A stretch of 64,000 nt of DNA from Alphaproteobacteria bacterium (GCA_965228895.1 OZ245842.1:4128001-4192000); one strand, 5' to 3'. Positions 8,898 through 19,145 are shown, counted from the stretch's first letter. A program made the numbers and translations. Notes: a model not told the origin generated them from the letters alone.

Positions 8898-10241
8898 TCA
8901 GACGTGCTGGTCCAGGGTCTTGCGGATCTTGTCGATGATTTCGTCGACATGGGACCGCTCGGCGATGAAGGCGGGCGTCACGATCGCGCAGTCACCGGTG
9001 AACTTCACATGACAGCCATTCCAGAACAGGTCCTTTTGCACCTGCTGGCCACGCCGGCCCGGCACGCCGTCATGATGGAGTTCGATGCCCGACATCAGGC
9101 CGATGACGCGCAGATCGAACACCATCGGATGATCCTTCAAGCTGAAGACCGCCTCTTCGAAATAGGGCGCCAGCTCGGCGGCGCGTTCGAACAGGCCTTC
9201 GCGGGCGTAGATCTCCTGGGCCTTCAGGCCGGCGGCACAGGCCGCCGGATGGGCCGAATAGGTGTAGCCGTGGAAAAGTTCGATGGCGTTGTCGGCACCG
9301 GCATCGGTGATCGTTTCGTAGATCTCGTCGCGCACGGCAACCGCGCCCATGGGAATGGCACCGTTGGTCAGCGCCTTGGCCATGGTGACGATATCGGGAA
9401 CCACGTCGAACTTCTGGCTGCCAAACGGCGCGCCCAGGCGACCGAAGCCGGTGATGACCTCGTCGAAAACGAGCAGGATGCCGTGCTGGTCGCAGATCTC
9501 GCGCAGGCGCTTCAGGTAGCCCTTGGGCGGGATCAGCGTACCGGTGGAACCGGCGACCGGCTCGACAAAACAGGCCGCGATGTTCTCAGGCCCATAGGTC
9601 TGGCAGATCCGCTCCAGATCCTCGGCCAGTTCCGCGCCGTGTTCCGGCTCACCACGCGTCATCTTGTTTTCTTCCAGCCAGGTATGGCGCATCAGGGCGA
9701 CGTGGGGGATCGAGGCGGCGAACGCCGCGCGGTTCTTGTTGATGCCCGAAAGTGACACGCCGCCGATGTTGACGCCGTGATAGGCGCGCTCGCGCGAGAC
9801 GAACCGGATGCGCTGCCCTTCGCCCCTGGCCCGGTGATAGGCCATGGCAATCTTCAGCGCCGTGTCGATCGATTCCGAGCCGGAATTGGTGAAGAACACG
9901 CGATTGATTGGATCGGGGTGGAGATCGGCGATGGTCTGCGCCAAAGCGAACGAGGTCGGGTGACCAAGCTGGAATGGCGCGACATAGTCGTTTTCCATCA
10001 GCTGCTTATGGACGGCGTCGGCGATCTCCTTGCGGCCGTGGCCCGCCGGACAGCAGAACAGGGCCGACGAGCCGTCGATCACCCGGTCGCCGTTCTGATC
10101 CCAGCAATAGATGCCCTCCGAGCGGGTCACCAGGCGCGGCTTCTGCTTGAAGTCGCGGTTGCCGGTAAACGGCATCCAGTGGGCCTCCAGGGAATTGGTG
10201 CGCGGAAACTCGACTTCTGCGAGAGCTGATTCGGAACTCAT
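8898..10241 (-). CDS. Class III aminotransferase, omega-amino acid:pyruvate (BauA-like) type; probably taurine/hypotaurine transaminase by context
   Basis: HWMPFTGNR, NSGSES, YHG, FDEVITGFGR, MAKAL (PLP lysine) and HGYTYSAHP; directly upstream of xsc. Confidence 0.85.
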   Translation of the reverse strand: MSSESALAEVEFPRTNSLEAHWMPFTGNRDFKQKPRLVTRSEGIYCWDQNGDRVIDGSSALFCCPAGHGRKEIADAVHKQLMENDYVAPFQLGHPTSFALAQTIADLHPDPINRVFFTNSGSESIDTALKIAMAYHRARGEGQRIRFVSRERAYHGVNIGGVSLSGINKNRAAFAASIPHVALMRHTWLEENKMTRGEPEHGAELAEDLERICQTYGPENIAACFVEPVAGSTGTLIPPKGYLKRLREICDQHGILLVFDEVITGFGRLGAPFGSQKFDVVPDIVTMAKALTNGAIPMGAVAVRDEIYETITDAGADNAIELFHGYTYSAHPAACAAGLKAQEIYAREGLFERAAELAPYFEEAVFSLKDHPMVFDLRVIGLMSGIELHHDGVPGRRGQQVQKDLFWNGCHVKFTGDCAIVTPAFIAERSHVDEIIDKIRKTLDQHV

Positions 10242-10336
10242 GGCTCACCTCGAGACGGGCAACGGACCATTTCGGCCCGCCCGGTAAAGATTGCGGATTC
10301 GTGCGAAATCAAAATACGATCGCTTGAGGTCTCCCT

Positions 10337-10369
10337 GTAAGGCCAGTTCGACCAATTGGGTAAGACCAA
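10337..10369 (-). promoter_or_regulatory. Putative TauR direct-repeat operator between aminotransferase and tauR
   Basis: Plus strand gtaaggccag (10337-10346) and gtaagaccaa (10360-10369), 23-bp period. Minus strand reads TTGGTCTTAC-N13-CTGGCCTTAC. Confidence 0.6.
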
Positions 10370-10376
10370 GACCGCT

Positions 10377-11870
10377 ATGCGCGACGCCCTGTTTCATATC
10401 AACAAGGACGAGTCGGCTACGCTTCAGGCGCAGATCCGCGAAGCCCTGGTCTCGGCCGTGGTCTCCGGCCAACTGCCGGCGATGGAGCCGATCCCCTCGA
10501 CCCGCGCCATGGCCAGACGCCTTAACGTGTCGCGCAACACGGTTGTGCTGGCCTATCAGGCTCTGGTCGAGGACGGTTTCCTGCTATCGCGCGAACGCAG
10601 CGGCTACTACGTCAATCCCGATGTGCTGCGCGGCATGGCCGGCGCGTCAGCACCGTCAGACGACACGCCGCGATCCGACGATATCGACTGGCTGTCGCGT
10701 CTTCGCATCCGGCCCGCCGGCCAAAGCAACATCGTCAAACCGACCGACTGGCGCTCGCACCCCTATCTCTTCATCTACGGTCAGATGGACGAGGCCCTGT
10801 TTCCGATCTCCGAATGGCGCGACTGCATGCGCCAGGCCATGGGGACCAAGTGGCTGGAACAATGGACCGCCGACCGATTCAGCGATGACGATCCCATGCT
10901 GATCGATCAGATCCGCACGCACATCCTGCCGCGCCGCGGCATTTCGGCGCGCGAGGACGAAATCCTGATCACCATGGGCGCGCAGAACGCGCTCTATCTG
11001 GCATCGAGCCTTTTGGTCGGCCCCGATACGCAAGTCGCCATCGAGGACCCCGGTTATCCCGACGCCCGCAACATGTTTGCGCTGAGGACCGACAAGGTCG
11101 TGCCAATCCCGGTCGACGAGTCCGGCCTGGTGCTGGACGACCGCTTGAGCAATTGCCGGCTCGTCTTCGTGACGCCGTCGCATCAGTACCCGACCACTGC
11201 GACCATGCCGATCGCCCAGCGCCGGGAACTGCTGACGCGTGCGAAGGCGGACGACTTCGTGATCCTGGAAGACGATTACGAGTTCGAGACCAACTACGTG
11301 TCCGACCCCTGCCCGGCGCTCAAGTCGCTCGATAAGGAAGGGCGCGTTATCTATATCGGCAGCCTGTCGAAGTCGCTGGTGCCAGGTGTCAGACTCGGTT
11401 TCCTGGTGGCGCCCAGAAAACTCATCGAACAAGCGCGGGCGCTGCGCCGCCTGATGCTGCGCCATCCACCCGGCAACAATCAGCGCGCCATCGCGATCTT
11501 CCTGTCGCTTGGCCATCACGATGCATTGCTGGGCCGCCTGCACCGCGTCTATCGCGAACGCTGGCAGATCATGGGCGATGCGCTCCAAACCCATTTGCCG
11601 GGCTGGAGCCGCAGCCCAAGCTTCGGCGGCACCAGTTTCTGGCTCGAAGGGCCCAAGGCGTTCGATGCCAATCGTCTGGCGCGAGAGGCGCTCAACGATG
11701 GGATCGTCATCGAGCCAGGCGACATCTTCTTTGCCGGCGACAATCCGCCGCGCAATTACTTCCGCCTCGGATTTTCCGCGATCAGGACCGAGCGTATTGC
11801 CGAAGGCATCGAGAAGCTGGCCGCCATCATCGAAACACTGCCACCCGCGACGCTGCAGGCCGCCGAGTAA
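10377..11870 (+). CDS. tauR: MocR/GntR-family transcriptional regulator of taurine utilisation
   Basis: N-terminal wHTH (PSTRAMARRLNVSRNTVVLAY) plus an aminotransferase-like domain (TPSHQYPT, EDDYE, GSLSK); divergent from aminotransferase-xsc. Confidence 0.8.
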   Translation: MRDALFHINKDESATLQAQIREALVSAVVSGQLPAMEPIPSTRAMARRLNVSRNTVVLAYQALVEDGFLLSRERSGYYVNPDVLRGMAGASAPSDDTPRSDDIDWLSRLRIRPAGQSNIVKPTDWRSHPYLFIYGQMDEALFPISEWRDCMRQAMGTKWLEQWTADRFSDDDPMLIDQIRTHILPRRGISAREDEILITMGAQNALYLASSLLVGPDTQVAIEDPGYPDARNMFALRTDKVVPIPVDESGLVLDDRLSNCRLVFVTPSHQYPTTATMPIAQRRELLTRAKADDFVILEDDYEFETNYVSDPCPALKSLDKEGRVIYIGSLSKSLVPGVRLGFLVAPRKLIEQARALRRLMLRHPPGNNQRAIAIFLSLGHHDALLGRLHRVYRERWQIMGDALQTHLPGWSRSPSFGGTSFWLEGPKAFDANRLAREALNDGIVIEPGDIFFAGDNPPRNYFRLGFSAIRTERIAEGIEKLAAIIETLPPATLQAAE

Positions 11871-11873
11871 CGC

Positions 11874-13100
11874 TCAGCGACTTATCGCGTTGAGCGTTTC
11901 CAGCGCGATCATGGTTTCCTCATTGGTCGGCACCACCCACGCGGAAACCGAACTGCTTGGCGTTGTAATGCACGGACCGCCCTGCCGGTTAGCTGTGTCG
12001 TCCAAATCGACGCCCAGCCACGCTGCATCGCGGCAGACCCTCTCTCGGATGCCAACGGCGTTTTCACCAATGCCCGCCGTGAAGACGAGCCCGTCTATGC
12101 CGCCCAACGCCGAACACAACGCGCCGAGCTCCCGCCCGATGCGGTAGACGAAGAGGTCGAGTGCCGTTCTTGCCGCCGGTTCGTTGCTGTCCAACAGGTC
12201 CCGGATATCGCTGCTGATCCCGGAGACGGCGAGCAGGCCGGACCGATGGTAAAGCAGATCTTCGACCGCGTCGGCCGTCATGCCGCGCTCGCGGATCAAA
12301 TGCAGGATGACGCCGGGATCGAGCCACCCGCAACGCGTGCCCATCACCAACCCGTCCAAGGCCGTGAAACCCATGGTCGTGTCGACACTCTTGCCGCCAT
12401 GGATGGCACACATGCTGGCGCCGTTGCCGAGATGGGCGACGACCACCCGACCGTCGGCAATCTCCGGCGCGACATCTTTTAGAGCGCGCGCGATATAGGC
12501 ATAGGACGATCCGTGGAAGCCGTAACGCCGAATGCCGTCGTCATGGAGTTCCTGGGGCAACGCCAGGCGATCAGCGACCGCCGGCCGGCCGCGATGGAAG
12601 GCCGTGTCGAAACACGCGACCTGCGGCACGTCGGGATGGGCCGCAGCGATGGCCTTGACAGGCGCCAGGTTGAGCGGCTGATGCAGTGGCGCCAGGGGTG
12701 TCAAAGCCTCCAGCTCGCGCAAGACGGCCGCGTCGATCACGATCGGCGTCGCAAAGTCGGGGCCGCCATGTACCACCCGGTGGCCGACCGCCAGCAACGC
12801 TTCGCCGTCCAACCATCCGGTGACCCAGCCCAGCAACCGATCGAAAACCCAGCCATCCGCCGTCGTGCCGACGCCGGACCAGTCTTCGTCGGCGACCGTC
12901 TCGCCTTCGTCGTTCTTGGCCGAGAAGCGCGGCGTACCGCCAAGGCCCTCAATCTGACCTCTGACCGCCAGGGCGACGTCGCCGTCCGCCGTGGCCCGAT
13001 GGATCGAGAACTTGAGGCTCGATGACCCCGCGTTGACGACGAGCAGCGAGCCCGACGGTGTCGGCCCGCGTTTGTCAGAGCGTTGGGTCTGTGGGCTCAA
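11874..13100 (-). CDS. ackA: Acetate/propionate kinase
   Basis: VVNAGSSSLKF, GHRVVHGG, FDTAFH, RYGFHG, HLGNGAS, FTAGIGEN and PTNEE motifs. Confidence 0.93.
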   Translation of the reverse strand: MSPQTQRSDKRGPTPSGSLLVVNAGSSSLKFSIHRATADGDVALAVRGQIEGLGGTPRFSAKNDEGETVADEDWSGVGTTADGWVFDRLLGWVTGWLDGEALLAVGHRVVHGGPDFATPIVIDAAVLRELEALTPLAPLHQPLNLAPVKAIAAAHPDVPQVACFDTAFHRGRPAVADRLALPQELHDDGIRRYGFHGSSYAYIARALKDVAPEIADGRVVVAHLGNGASMCAIHGGKSVDTTMGFTALDGLVMGTRCGWLDPGVILHLIRERGMTADAVEDLLYHRSGLLAVSGISSDIRDLLDSNEPAARTALDLFVYRIGRELGALCSALGGIDGLVFTAGIGENAVGIRERVCRDAAWLGVDLDDTANRQGGPCITTPSSSVSAWVVPTNEETMIALETLNAISR

Positions 13101-14131
13101 CGAGCCGTGCGCTGATATCGCTGGGGGCTCATACCCGTCCAGTTGCGGAAGGCGCGTGAAAAGGCCGAGAGTTCGGAATAGCCGAGCGACAGCGCAACCT
13201 CGGTCAGCGGCATGCTCGCGTCGTTCATGTAGTGCAGCGCCAGTTCCTGGCGCGCGGCACGCAACAGATCCTGGAACGTCAGACCGTGGTTCTTCAATTC
13301 GCGTTGGAACGTGGCGTCGGTCATGCCCAGCACCTCTGCAATCTCCGTCAGCCCCGGCGTGCGGTCGCCCAGGTGAAGCTTGATCTGGTTGCGCACGACC
13401 GTGGCGAAGTCTTCGGGGTCGCCGCGCAACTCGCAGCGCGCGGTCAAGAACCGTTCGATAACCGAAAACAGATAGGGGTCCTGGTCGGGCATGCGCGCGT
13501 CGAGGTCGCGGCGGCGAAAGGCCAGCGCGTTGGTGCGGCGCCCGAACCTGACCGGCGCGCCGAAACGCTGCTCGTGTTCGTGCCAGTCTTCCGGCTTGTC
13601 GTGCTCGAAACGCACCTCAAGGGGCGCCCAGTCGGGACCCAGCGCGGCGCGAAAGATGTTGCGGAACATACCCAGCGACAACTCGGCGTCCTGGCGCCGG
13701 TCCTCGATGCGCGGATCGTAGATGCGGTAGCTCAGCCACAGGATATCGCTGTCCTGCAACAGGCCAAAGCTGGTCTGGCCCTGGTGCGCGGGGAAGTACT
13801 TTTCCATATTGCGAAGCGCCGCCGATAGCGTCGGCGAGCAGATAGCCGCGTATCCCAGCGCCCCCAACTGCTTGGGCTGGAACTGGTCACCGAACTGCAG
13901 GCCGAAATTGTCATGGCCGGTATGGCCCGCCGCCTCGACAAAGAGCTGGCAATAACGCTGCAGATTCAGATCGTTGAACGGATCTTCAATATCGTCGGTG
14001 CGGATGTTGGCGCGCCCGAACACCGTATCGACGTCGCCGCCGTGACGCTCGATCAGATCGATGACGCCCGTCGCCGCCGACGCCAAGACGCGTGGCGGCT
14101 CCAGCCCCGTATGCCCACCCTCAGACAGCAT
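13097..14131 (-). CDS. AraC-family transcriptional regulator (QhpR-like), divergent from the microcompartment locus
   Basis: C-terminal HTH (EVALSLGYSELSAFSRAFRNWTGMSP). Likely start MLSEGG at 14131; the longer ORF would overlap the divergent gene. Confidence 0.88.
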   Translation of the reverse strand: MLSEGGHTGLEPPRVLASAATGVIDLIERHGGDVDTVFGRANIRTDDIEDPFNDLNLQRYCQLFVEAAGHTGHDNFGLQFGDQFQPKQLGALGYAAICSPTLSAALRNMEKYFPAHQGQTSFGLLQDSDILWLSYRIYDPRIEDRRQDAELSLGMFRNIFRAALGPDWAPLEVRFEHDKPEDWHEHEQRFGAPVRFGRRTNALAFRRRDLDARMPDQDPYLFSVIERFLTARCELRGDPEDFATVVRNQIKLHLGDRTPGLTEIAEVLGMTDATFQRELKNHGLTFQDLLRAARQELALHYMNDASMPLTEVALSLGYSELSAFSRAFRNWTGMSPQRYQRTAR

Positions 14132-14264
14132 TGTTCTTCGCTTCCAGGGGCCGCGCTCGTGCCCAGCCCTGCCCCGGTCGAGTTTGTTGAAAAACCCTAA
14201 CAGAAAAGGCAACGGGCAGAAAACCTGGAATCCGGGCAAGATCGGTCCGCCGTCGGCAACAAAT

Positions 14265-14296
14265 CTGTCAAATTCGGCCCATCCGGTGTCAAGCGG
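14265..14296 (+). promoter_or_regulatory. Putative AraC operator, tandem TGTCAA repeats (21-bp period)
   Basis: ctgtcaa-N14-gtgtcaagcgg upstream of the SBP gene; the same architecture recurs at 20187-20218. Confidence 0.55.
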
Positions 14297-14382
14297 TCTT
14301 CCCCGAACAGTGCTTGGCTTGCTGGACTGCGACGAAGATCGCCACGTCATCGTCTCATCCTGCGGAACAAAAGGAGGCTTCC

Positions 14383-15516
14383 ATGAAACTTTCCCGCCGG
14401 TCATTTACCAAGGGAATGGCAAGCGCTGCTGGCCTTGCGGCCCTCGGCCCGATAGGTGCCGCTCACGCGGCGCGCGAAAACGAACTGAACATTCTCTGCT
14501 GGGAAGGCTACAACTCCGACGATGTGTTGGGGCCCTTCCGCGACGCTCATCCCGACGCAACGGTGCGTGCGGAAAGTGGCACGTCCGATCCCGACATGAT
14601 CAACAAGTTGCGCGCGGGCGAGGTCAACGTCTGGGACCTGATCAACGTCAACCAGCCGTGGGCGCGCCACCAGCTCTATCCTGAGAACCTGATCAAGCCG
14701 CTCGATAAAGACCGTTTCATGCCCTACTTCGACAACATGCTCTCGGAGTTCCAGGGTCCCTATCCGCTGTCGTTCGCCGATAACGGCGACCTGATCGGCA
14801 TGGTCCAGCGCTTCGGTCCGTTCAGCTTTGTCGTTAACACCGACAAGGTCAGTGTCGACATGGCCGAGGACCAGGGCTGGAAGCTGTTCCTGGACCCCGC
14901 GATGAAGAATCGCTACGGCGTCCTGACCTATGACAACTGGAACATCATGCACATGTGCCTGACGGGCGATCAGGACCCGTTCCAGGAAATGGACGACGCC
15001 GGTCTCGACAAGTTCACCGAGACTGCGAACGCGATCTTCGACGGCTCGAAACTGCTGACCGATGACCTCGTCGCCATGAACACGGCGCTGATCAACGGCG
15101 AGATCGACGCCTACTTTACCGGCGGCACATACACGGCAAGCCCGGCGCGGCTTGACGGCGCGACGAACATTCGCGGCATCACGCCCAATTCCGGTCCGAT
15201 GGATGGCAAGGGCGGCCTGGTATGGGTCGAGCTGACATCGGCGGTCAACAATCCCGATCCGTCAAAACTGGCGGAGGACTTCCTTGAGTATGTCCAACAG
15301 CCGGATATCTCGAAAGCGGTCAGCTTTACCGAAGGCACCTACAATCCGGTGGCCCAGATGGGCAATCCGGAGGTGTTCAACACCTACGATTCCGATGAGT
15401 TGGACGCCATTCAGTGGGACAGTCTGCCTGAGGAAATGGCCCGTTCGGCCGAGTACAGCATTGTCGCGTCCTACGACAAGCTGAACGAACTCTACAACGC
15501 CGCCAAGCGCGGTTAA
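14383..15516 (+). CDS. PotD/PotF-family ABC substrate-binding protein with Tat signal
   Basis: AAGGAGG RBS; MKLSRRSF twin-arginine signal; LNILCWEGY motif. Confidence 0.87.
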   Translation: MKLSRRSFTKGMASAAGLAALGPIGAAHAARENELNILCWEGYNSDDVLGPFRDAHPDATVRAESGTSDPDMINKLRAGEVNVWDLINVNQPWARHQLYPENLIKPLDKDRFMPYFDNMLSEFQGPYPLSFADNGDLIGMVQRFGPFSFVVNTDKVSVDMAEDQGWKLFLDPAMKNRYGVLTYDNWNIMHMCLTGDQDPFQEMDDAGLDKFTETANAIFDGSKLLTDDLVAMNTALINGEIDAYFTGGTYTASPARLDGATNIRGITPNSGPMDGKGGLVWVELTSAVNNPDPSKLAEDFLEYVQQPDISKAVSFTEGTYNPVAQMGNPEVFNTYDSDELDAIQWDSLPEEMARSAEYSIVASYDKLNELYNAAKRG

Positions 15517-15532
15517 GTTCACTGAACTGTAC

Positions 15533-15558
15533 CCCCGGCGGCGGCAACGCCGCCGGGG
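15533..15558 (+). terminator. GC-rich hairpin after SBP gene
   Basis: ccccggcggcg-gcaa-cgccgccgggg with a GNRA loop. Confidence 0.55.
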
Positions 15559-15588
15559 CTTCGCTCTCGACCGACCGGGCTGGGCTTG

Positions 15589-16674
15589 ATGTCGACCGCT
15601 CCCATTTTGCGCCTAGACAAGATCGTCAAGCGCTTCGACGAGTTCACGGCTGTTCAGGAAATCGATCTCGATATCGTCGAGGGCGAATTCCTGACCATCG
15701 TCGGTCCGTCGGGCAGCGGCAAGACGACGCTGATCCGTCTGATGGTCGGCATGGAAGAGCCGACCAGCGGCGAGATCTGGCTGCGCGACAAACGCATCGA
15801 TCAGGTACCCGCCAACAAACGCCCGACCTGCATGGTCTTCCAGTCGCTGGCGCTGTTCCCTCACAGAAGTGTTGGCCAGAACATTGAATTCCCGCTCAAG
15901 ATCCGCGGCGTCAGCCCTGCCGAACGAAGGGCGCGCGCGCTTGAGTTGATGGAACTGCTGCATCTACCGACCGATTACTACGGCAAACGCGTTACCCAGT
16001 GTTCGGGCGGTGAGCGCCAGCGTGTCGCGCTTGCCAGGGCGCTCGCGTTCGATCCGGAAATCCTGTTCTTCGACGAACCGCTCTCGGCGCTCGATTATCG
16101 CCTGCGCAAGAAGCTTGAGAAGGAGCTCAAAGACCTTCACGCGCGCACCGGCAAGACCTTCGTCTACATCACCCACTCGCTGGAAGAGGCCATGGTGATG
16201 TCCGACCGCATCGCAATCATGAACCGGGGTCAGTTCGAGCAGATCGCCGTTGCCGAGGAAATCTATGACCGCCCGAACAGCCGCTTCGTCGCGGAGTTCA
16301 TGGGCGAGGTCAACCTGTTCGACGTCGAGGGCACGGCGAGCGGCGGACTCCACGGCCATGGCGTCGAAATCCACGTCAACGGCGAGGCGTCGGATTTCGG
16401 CATGGCGCTGGAGCCGGGCACGCGCGGTGCGCTGATGGTACGGCCCGAGTACATCCGCTTTCAGCCACCGGGCCAGACCAGCGACTTCATCGTGCGCGGC
16501 ATCCTGCGCGGCGAGTACGCGCTGGGCTCGCGCATTCAGTATGAGGTCGAGACCGCCGACGGCACACGGTTGACCGTCGAAAAGCTCCGCGAGGATCGTT
16601 TTTCCGGCGGCCTGGGTGAAGAGGTCGTGCTCGGCTGGGATCTCGAACACTCGCACATGATCCGCGAGGGCTGA
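15589..16674 (+). CDS. PotA-like ABC transporter ATP-binding protein
   Basis: GPSGSGKT, CSGGERQRV, FFDEPLSALD and a TOBE-like C-terminus. Confidence 0.92.
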   Translation: MSTAPILRLDKIVKRFDEFTAVQEIDLDIVEGEFLTIVGPSGSGKTTLIRLMVGMEEPTSGEIWLRDKRIDQVPANKRPTCMVFQSLALFPHRSVGQNIEFPLKIRGVSPAERRARALELMELLHLPTDYYGKRVTQCSGGERQRVALARALAFDPEILFFDEPLSALDYRLRKKLEKELKDLHARTGKTFVYITHSLEEAMVMSDRIAIMNRGQFEQIAVAEEIYDRPNSRFVAEFMGEVNLFDVEGTASGGLHGHGVEIHVNGEASDFGMALEPGTRGALMVRPEYIRFQPPGQTSDFIVRGILRGEYALGSRIQYEVETADGTRLTVEKLREDRFSGGLGEEVVLGWDLEHSHMIREG

Positions 16675-16677
16675 CCG

Positions 16678-17532
16678 TTGGAACGGGCCGAACGCCGCCA
16701 GGGTTTCCTTTGCGCGCTGCCACTGACGGTTGTCCTGGCGCTGAGTTTCCTGGCGCCGCTTTTGGTCGTCGCGGCGTTTTCCACCATGCCGACCAAGGTT
16801 TTCGACCTCGGTCACGTTCCCGACTTCTCCGCCTATCTCGTGCTGCTCGAGCAGGGCTATTATCGGTCGCTGTTATGGTCGCTGGGCACGGCGTTCGCCG
16901 CCACGGTTATTCTTTTCATCACCTGCTGGCCGCTCGCCTTCGCCATGTCGAAGGTGTTCGGACGGTTCGCAATTGTCATCACCATCGGCGTCGTCATGAC
17001 GCTCTTCGTCTCAGAAAACATCCGCCTGTTCGGCTGGGTTCTGACCTTGATGAAAGGCGGCCTGCTCGAAGGTCATCTGCGCGCCTGGTTCGGCGTCAGC
17101 TTTGAAGACGCGCTCTACAATGTCCCGGTCATCATCTTCGGCCTGGTCTATGTCTACTTTCCGTTCATGCTGTTCCCGCTCGCCCAGGGCATTGCCATGG
17201 TACCCGACGATGCGCGACAGGCCGCGGCCGACCTGGGCGCCAGCCGCTGGCAGATCCTGAAGGAAATCGATCTGCCGCTCTCCGCGCCGGGCATCGTGGT
17301 TGGCTCGCTCTTGTGTTTCGTGCTGTCCGCCGGCGCGCTTGCGGAAACCAAGCTATTGGGTGGCCAGGCGGTGATTGTCATCGCCGACGAGGTCGAAACG
17401 GCCTTCACCTACTCCCAGAACTGGCCGCTCGGCTCCAGCCTTGCCATGGTTCTCATCTTGATCATCGGTACGCTGGCCATTGTCGGCATCGCCAAGGTCG
17501 ACCTCGACGCGATCATGGGGCGCAAGCGCTGA
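16678..17532 (+). CDS. PotB-like ABC permease
   Basis: Six hydrophobic segments, QAAADLGASRW EAA loop, NWPLGS motif. Confidence 0.88.
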   Translation: MERAERRQGFLCALPLTVVLALSFLAPLLVVAAFSTMPTKVFDLGHVPDFSAYLVLLEQGYYRSLLWSLGTAFAATVILFITCWPLAFAMSKVFGRFAIVITIGVVMTLFVSENIRLFGWVLTLMKGGLLEGHLRAWFGVSFEDALYNVPVIIFGLVYVYFPFMLFPLAQGIAMVPDDARQAAADLGASRWQILKEIDLPLSAPGIVVGSLLCFVLSAGALAETKLLGGQAVIVIADEVETAFTYSQNWPLGSSLAMVLILIIGTLAIVGIAKVDLDAIMGRKR

Positions 17533-18347
17533 TGCAACCGACGCCGCTCACACGCACGGCGCTTTTCGTCTACGGCATTCTGGCGCTGCTCTTTCTCTAT
17601 CTGCCGATCATCGCCGTCGGTTTCGCGTCGATCTCCAAAGCGCGTTACCTGACCTTTCCAATCAAAAAGTACTCCTTTGACTGGTACGGCAAGGCGCTGG
17701 AAAGCTCGACCGTCTATGACCTCGTCGTGACATCGATGAAGGTCGCCTGCATCGTCACCATCGTCTCGATGGTTGTCGGCTTCTTCGGCGCGCTTGCCTT
17801 CGCGCGCTATCACTGGCGCTTCCGCGGCCTTTTCCAGAAACTGATCCTGCTGCCCATCTTCTTTCCCCAGACGGTCCTGGGCCTGGCGCTGCTCATCTGG
17901 TTCAACTCGGTCGACATCATTCCGACCTGGCACACAGCCGTCGTCGCCCATCTGGTCTGGATCGCGCCAATCGCCACGCTCATCATCGCCATTCGCGCCT
18001 ATAGCTTCGATCCGGCACTTGAAGAAGCCGCCCGCGACATGGGCGCGTCGACCTGGACCGTGCTGAAGGAAGTGACGGTGCCGTTACTGATGCCCGGCGT
18101 TATCTCAGCGGGCCTCTTCTCGTTCCTTTTGAGCTGGGGCAACTTCCCGCTCTCGCTGTTCACGACCGGCGCGGACTCCACCCTGCCCGAATGGCTCTAC
18201 GCGAAGATGGTCTCGGGCTATTCGCCGCTGGTGCCGACGGTCGGCATCCTGTCGATCGCGTTCTCGGTCGTCATCTTGATCGTGGCCTATGTCATTTTTC
18301 GCATCGTACGCGCGGTTAACCAAAACCGGTTGAGCGCCAGCGCGTAA
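17532..18347 (+). CDS. PotC-like ABC permease
   Basis: ATG overlaps the upstream TGA; FLYLPI and LEEAARDMGAS motifs. Confidence 0.88.
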   Translation: MQPTPLTRTALFVYGILALLFLYLPIIAVGFASISKARYLTFPIKKYSFDWYGKALESSTVYDLVVTSMKVACIVTIVSMVVGFFGALAFARYHWRFRGLFQKLILLPIFFPQTVLGLALLIWFNSVDIIPTWHTAVVAHLVWIAPIATLIIAIRAYSFDPALEEAARDMGASTWTVLKEVTVPLLMPGVISAGLFSFLLSWGNFPLSLFTTGADSTLPEWLYAKMVSGYSPLVPTVGILSIAFSVVILIVAYVIFRIVRAVNQNRLSASA

Positions 18348-18365
18348 CACAAACGGGAGGACACC

Positions 18366-19145
18366 ATGCTTACATCGATTAGAGACCGCAGTGTCATCGT
18401 TACCGGCGCCTCCAAAGGTATCGGCAAGGGCATCGCCAAGGTGTTCGCCGCCCAGGGGGCCAAGGTCATGCTCGCCGCGCGCAATGAGGCCGACCTGAAG
18501 GCGACGGCGGATGAACTCAACGCGGCTGGCGGCACGTGCGAGTGGCGCACATGCGATGTGTCTGACTGGGATTCCGTTCAGGCGCTTGTCAACGACACCG
18601 TCCGCGCTTTCGGCGGCCTCGACGTCATGTGCGCCAATGCCGGCATCTTCCCGCAAACCAAGATGGTCAGCATGGATCCCTCGGAATGGGACCACGTCAT
18701 GTCGGTCAACCTGAAAAGCGCCTTCCTGTGCGTCAAGGCGACGATCCCGCATTTCGAGAAAGCCGGTAAAGGCCGTGTGGTCCTGACCTCCTCCATTACC
18801 GGGCCGATGACCGGTTTCCCCGGATGGACCCATTACGGCGCGTCGAAGGCGGGCCAGTTGGGCTTCCTCAAGACCGCCGCCATGGAGATGAGCCGTTACA
18901 ACACGACGGTCAACGCCGTCATGCCCGGCAACATCGCGACCGAAGGCCTGCACGATCTCGGCCAGGACTATGTCGACGCGATGATCGCGGCGATCCCTGT
19001 CAAACGCCTGGGCGAAGTCGCCGATATCGGCAACGCCGCTCTGTTCCTGGCCTCAGACGAGGCCGGCTTCATCACCGGTCAGACCATTGTTGTCGATGGC
19101 GGACAGACGATTCCGGAGTCCGTCGAGGCCATCGCGGACATCTAA
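18366..19145 (+). CDS. 1-amino-2-propanol dehydrogenase / aminoacetone reductase (SDR, AAU/RMM type)
   Basis: CANAGIFP, TSSITGP.TG.PGW.HYGASKA.QLGF and GNI.TEGL, as recalled for M. smegmatis MSMEG_0269; located in the BMC locus. Confidence 0.85.
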   Translation: MLTSIRDRSVIVTGASKGIGKGIAKVFAAQGAKVMLAARNEADLKATADELNAAGGTCEWRTCDVSDWDSVQALVNDTVRAFGGLDVMCANAGIFPQTKMVSMDPSEWDHVMSVNLKSAFLCVKATIPHFEKAGKGRVVLTSSITGPMTGFPGWTHYGASKAGQLGFLKTAAMEMSRYNTTVNAVMPGNIATEGLHDLGQDYVDAMIAAIPVKRLGEVADIGNAALFLASDEAGFITGQTIVVDGGQTIPESVEAIADI

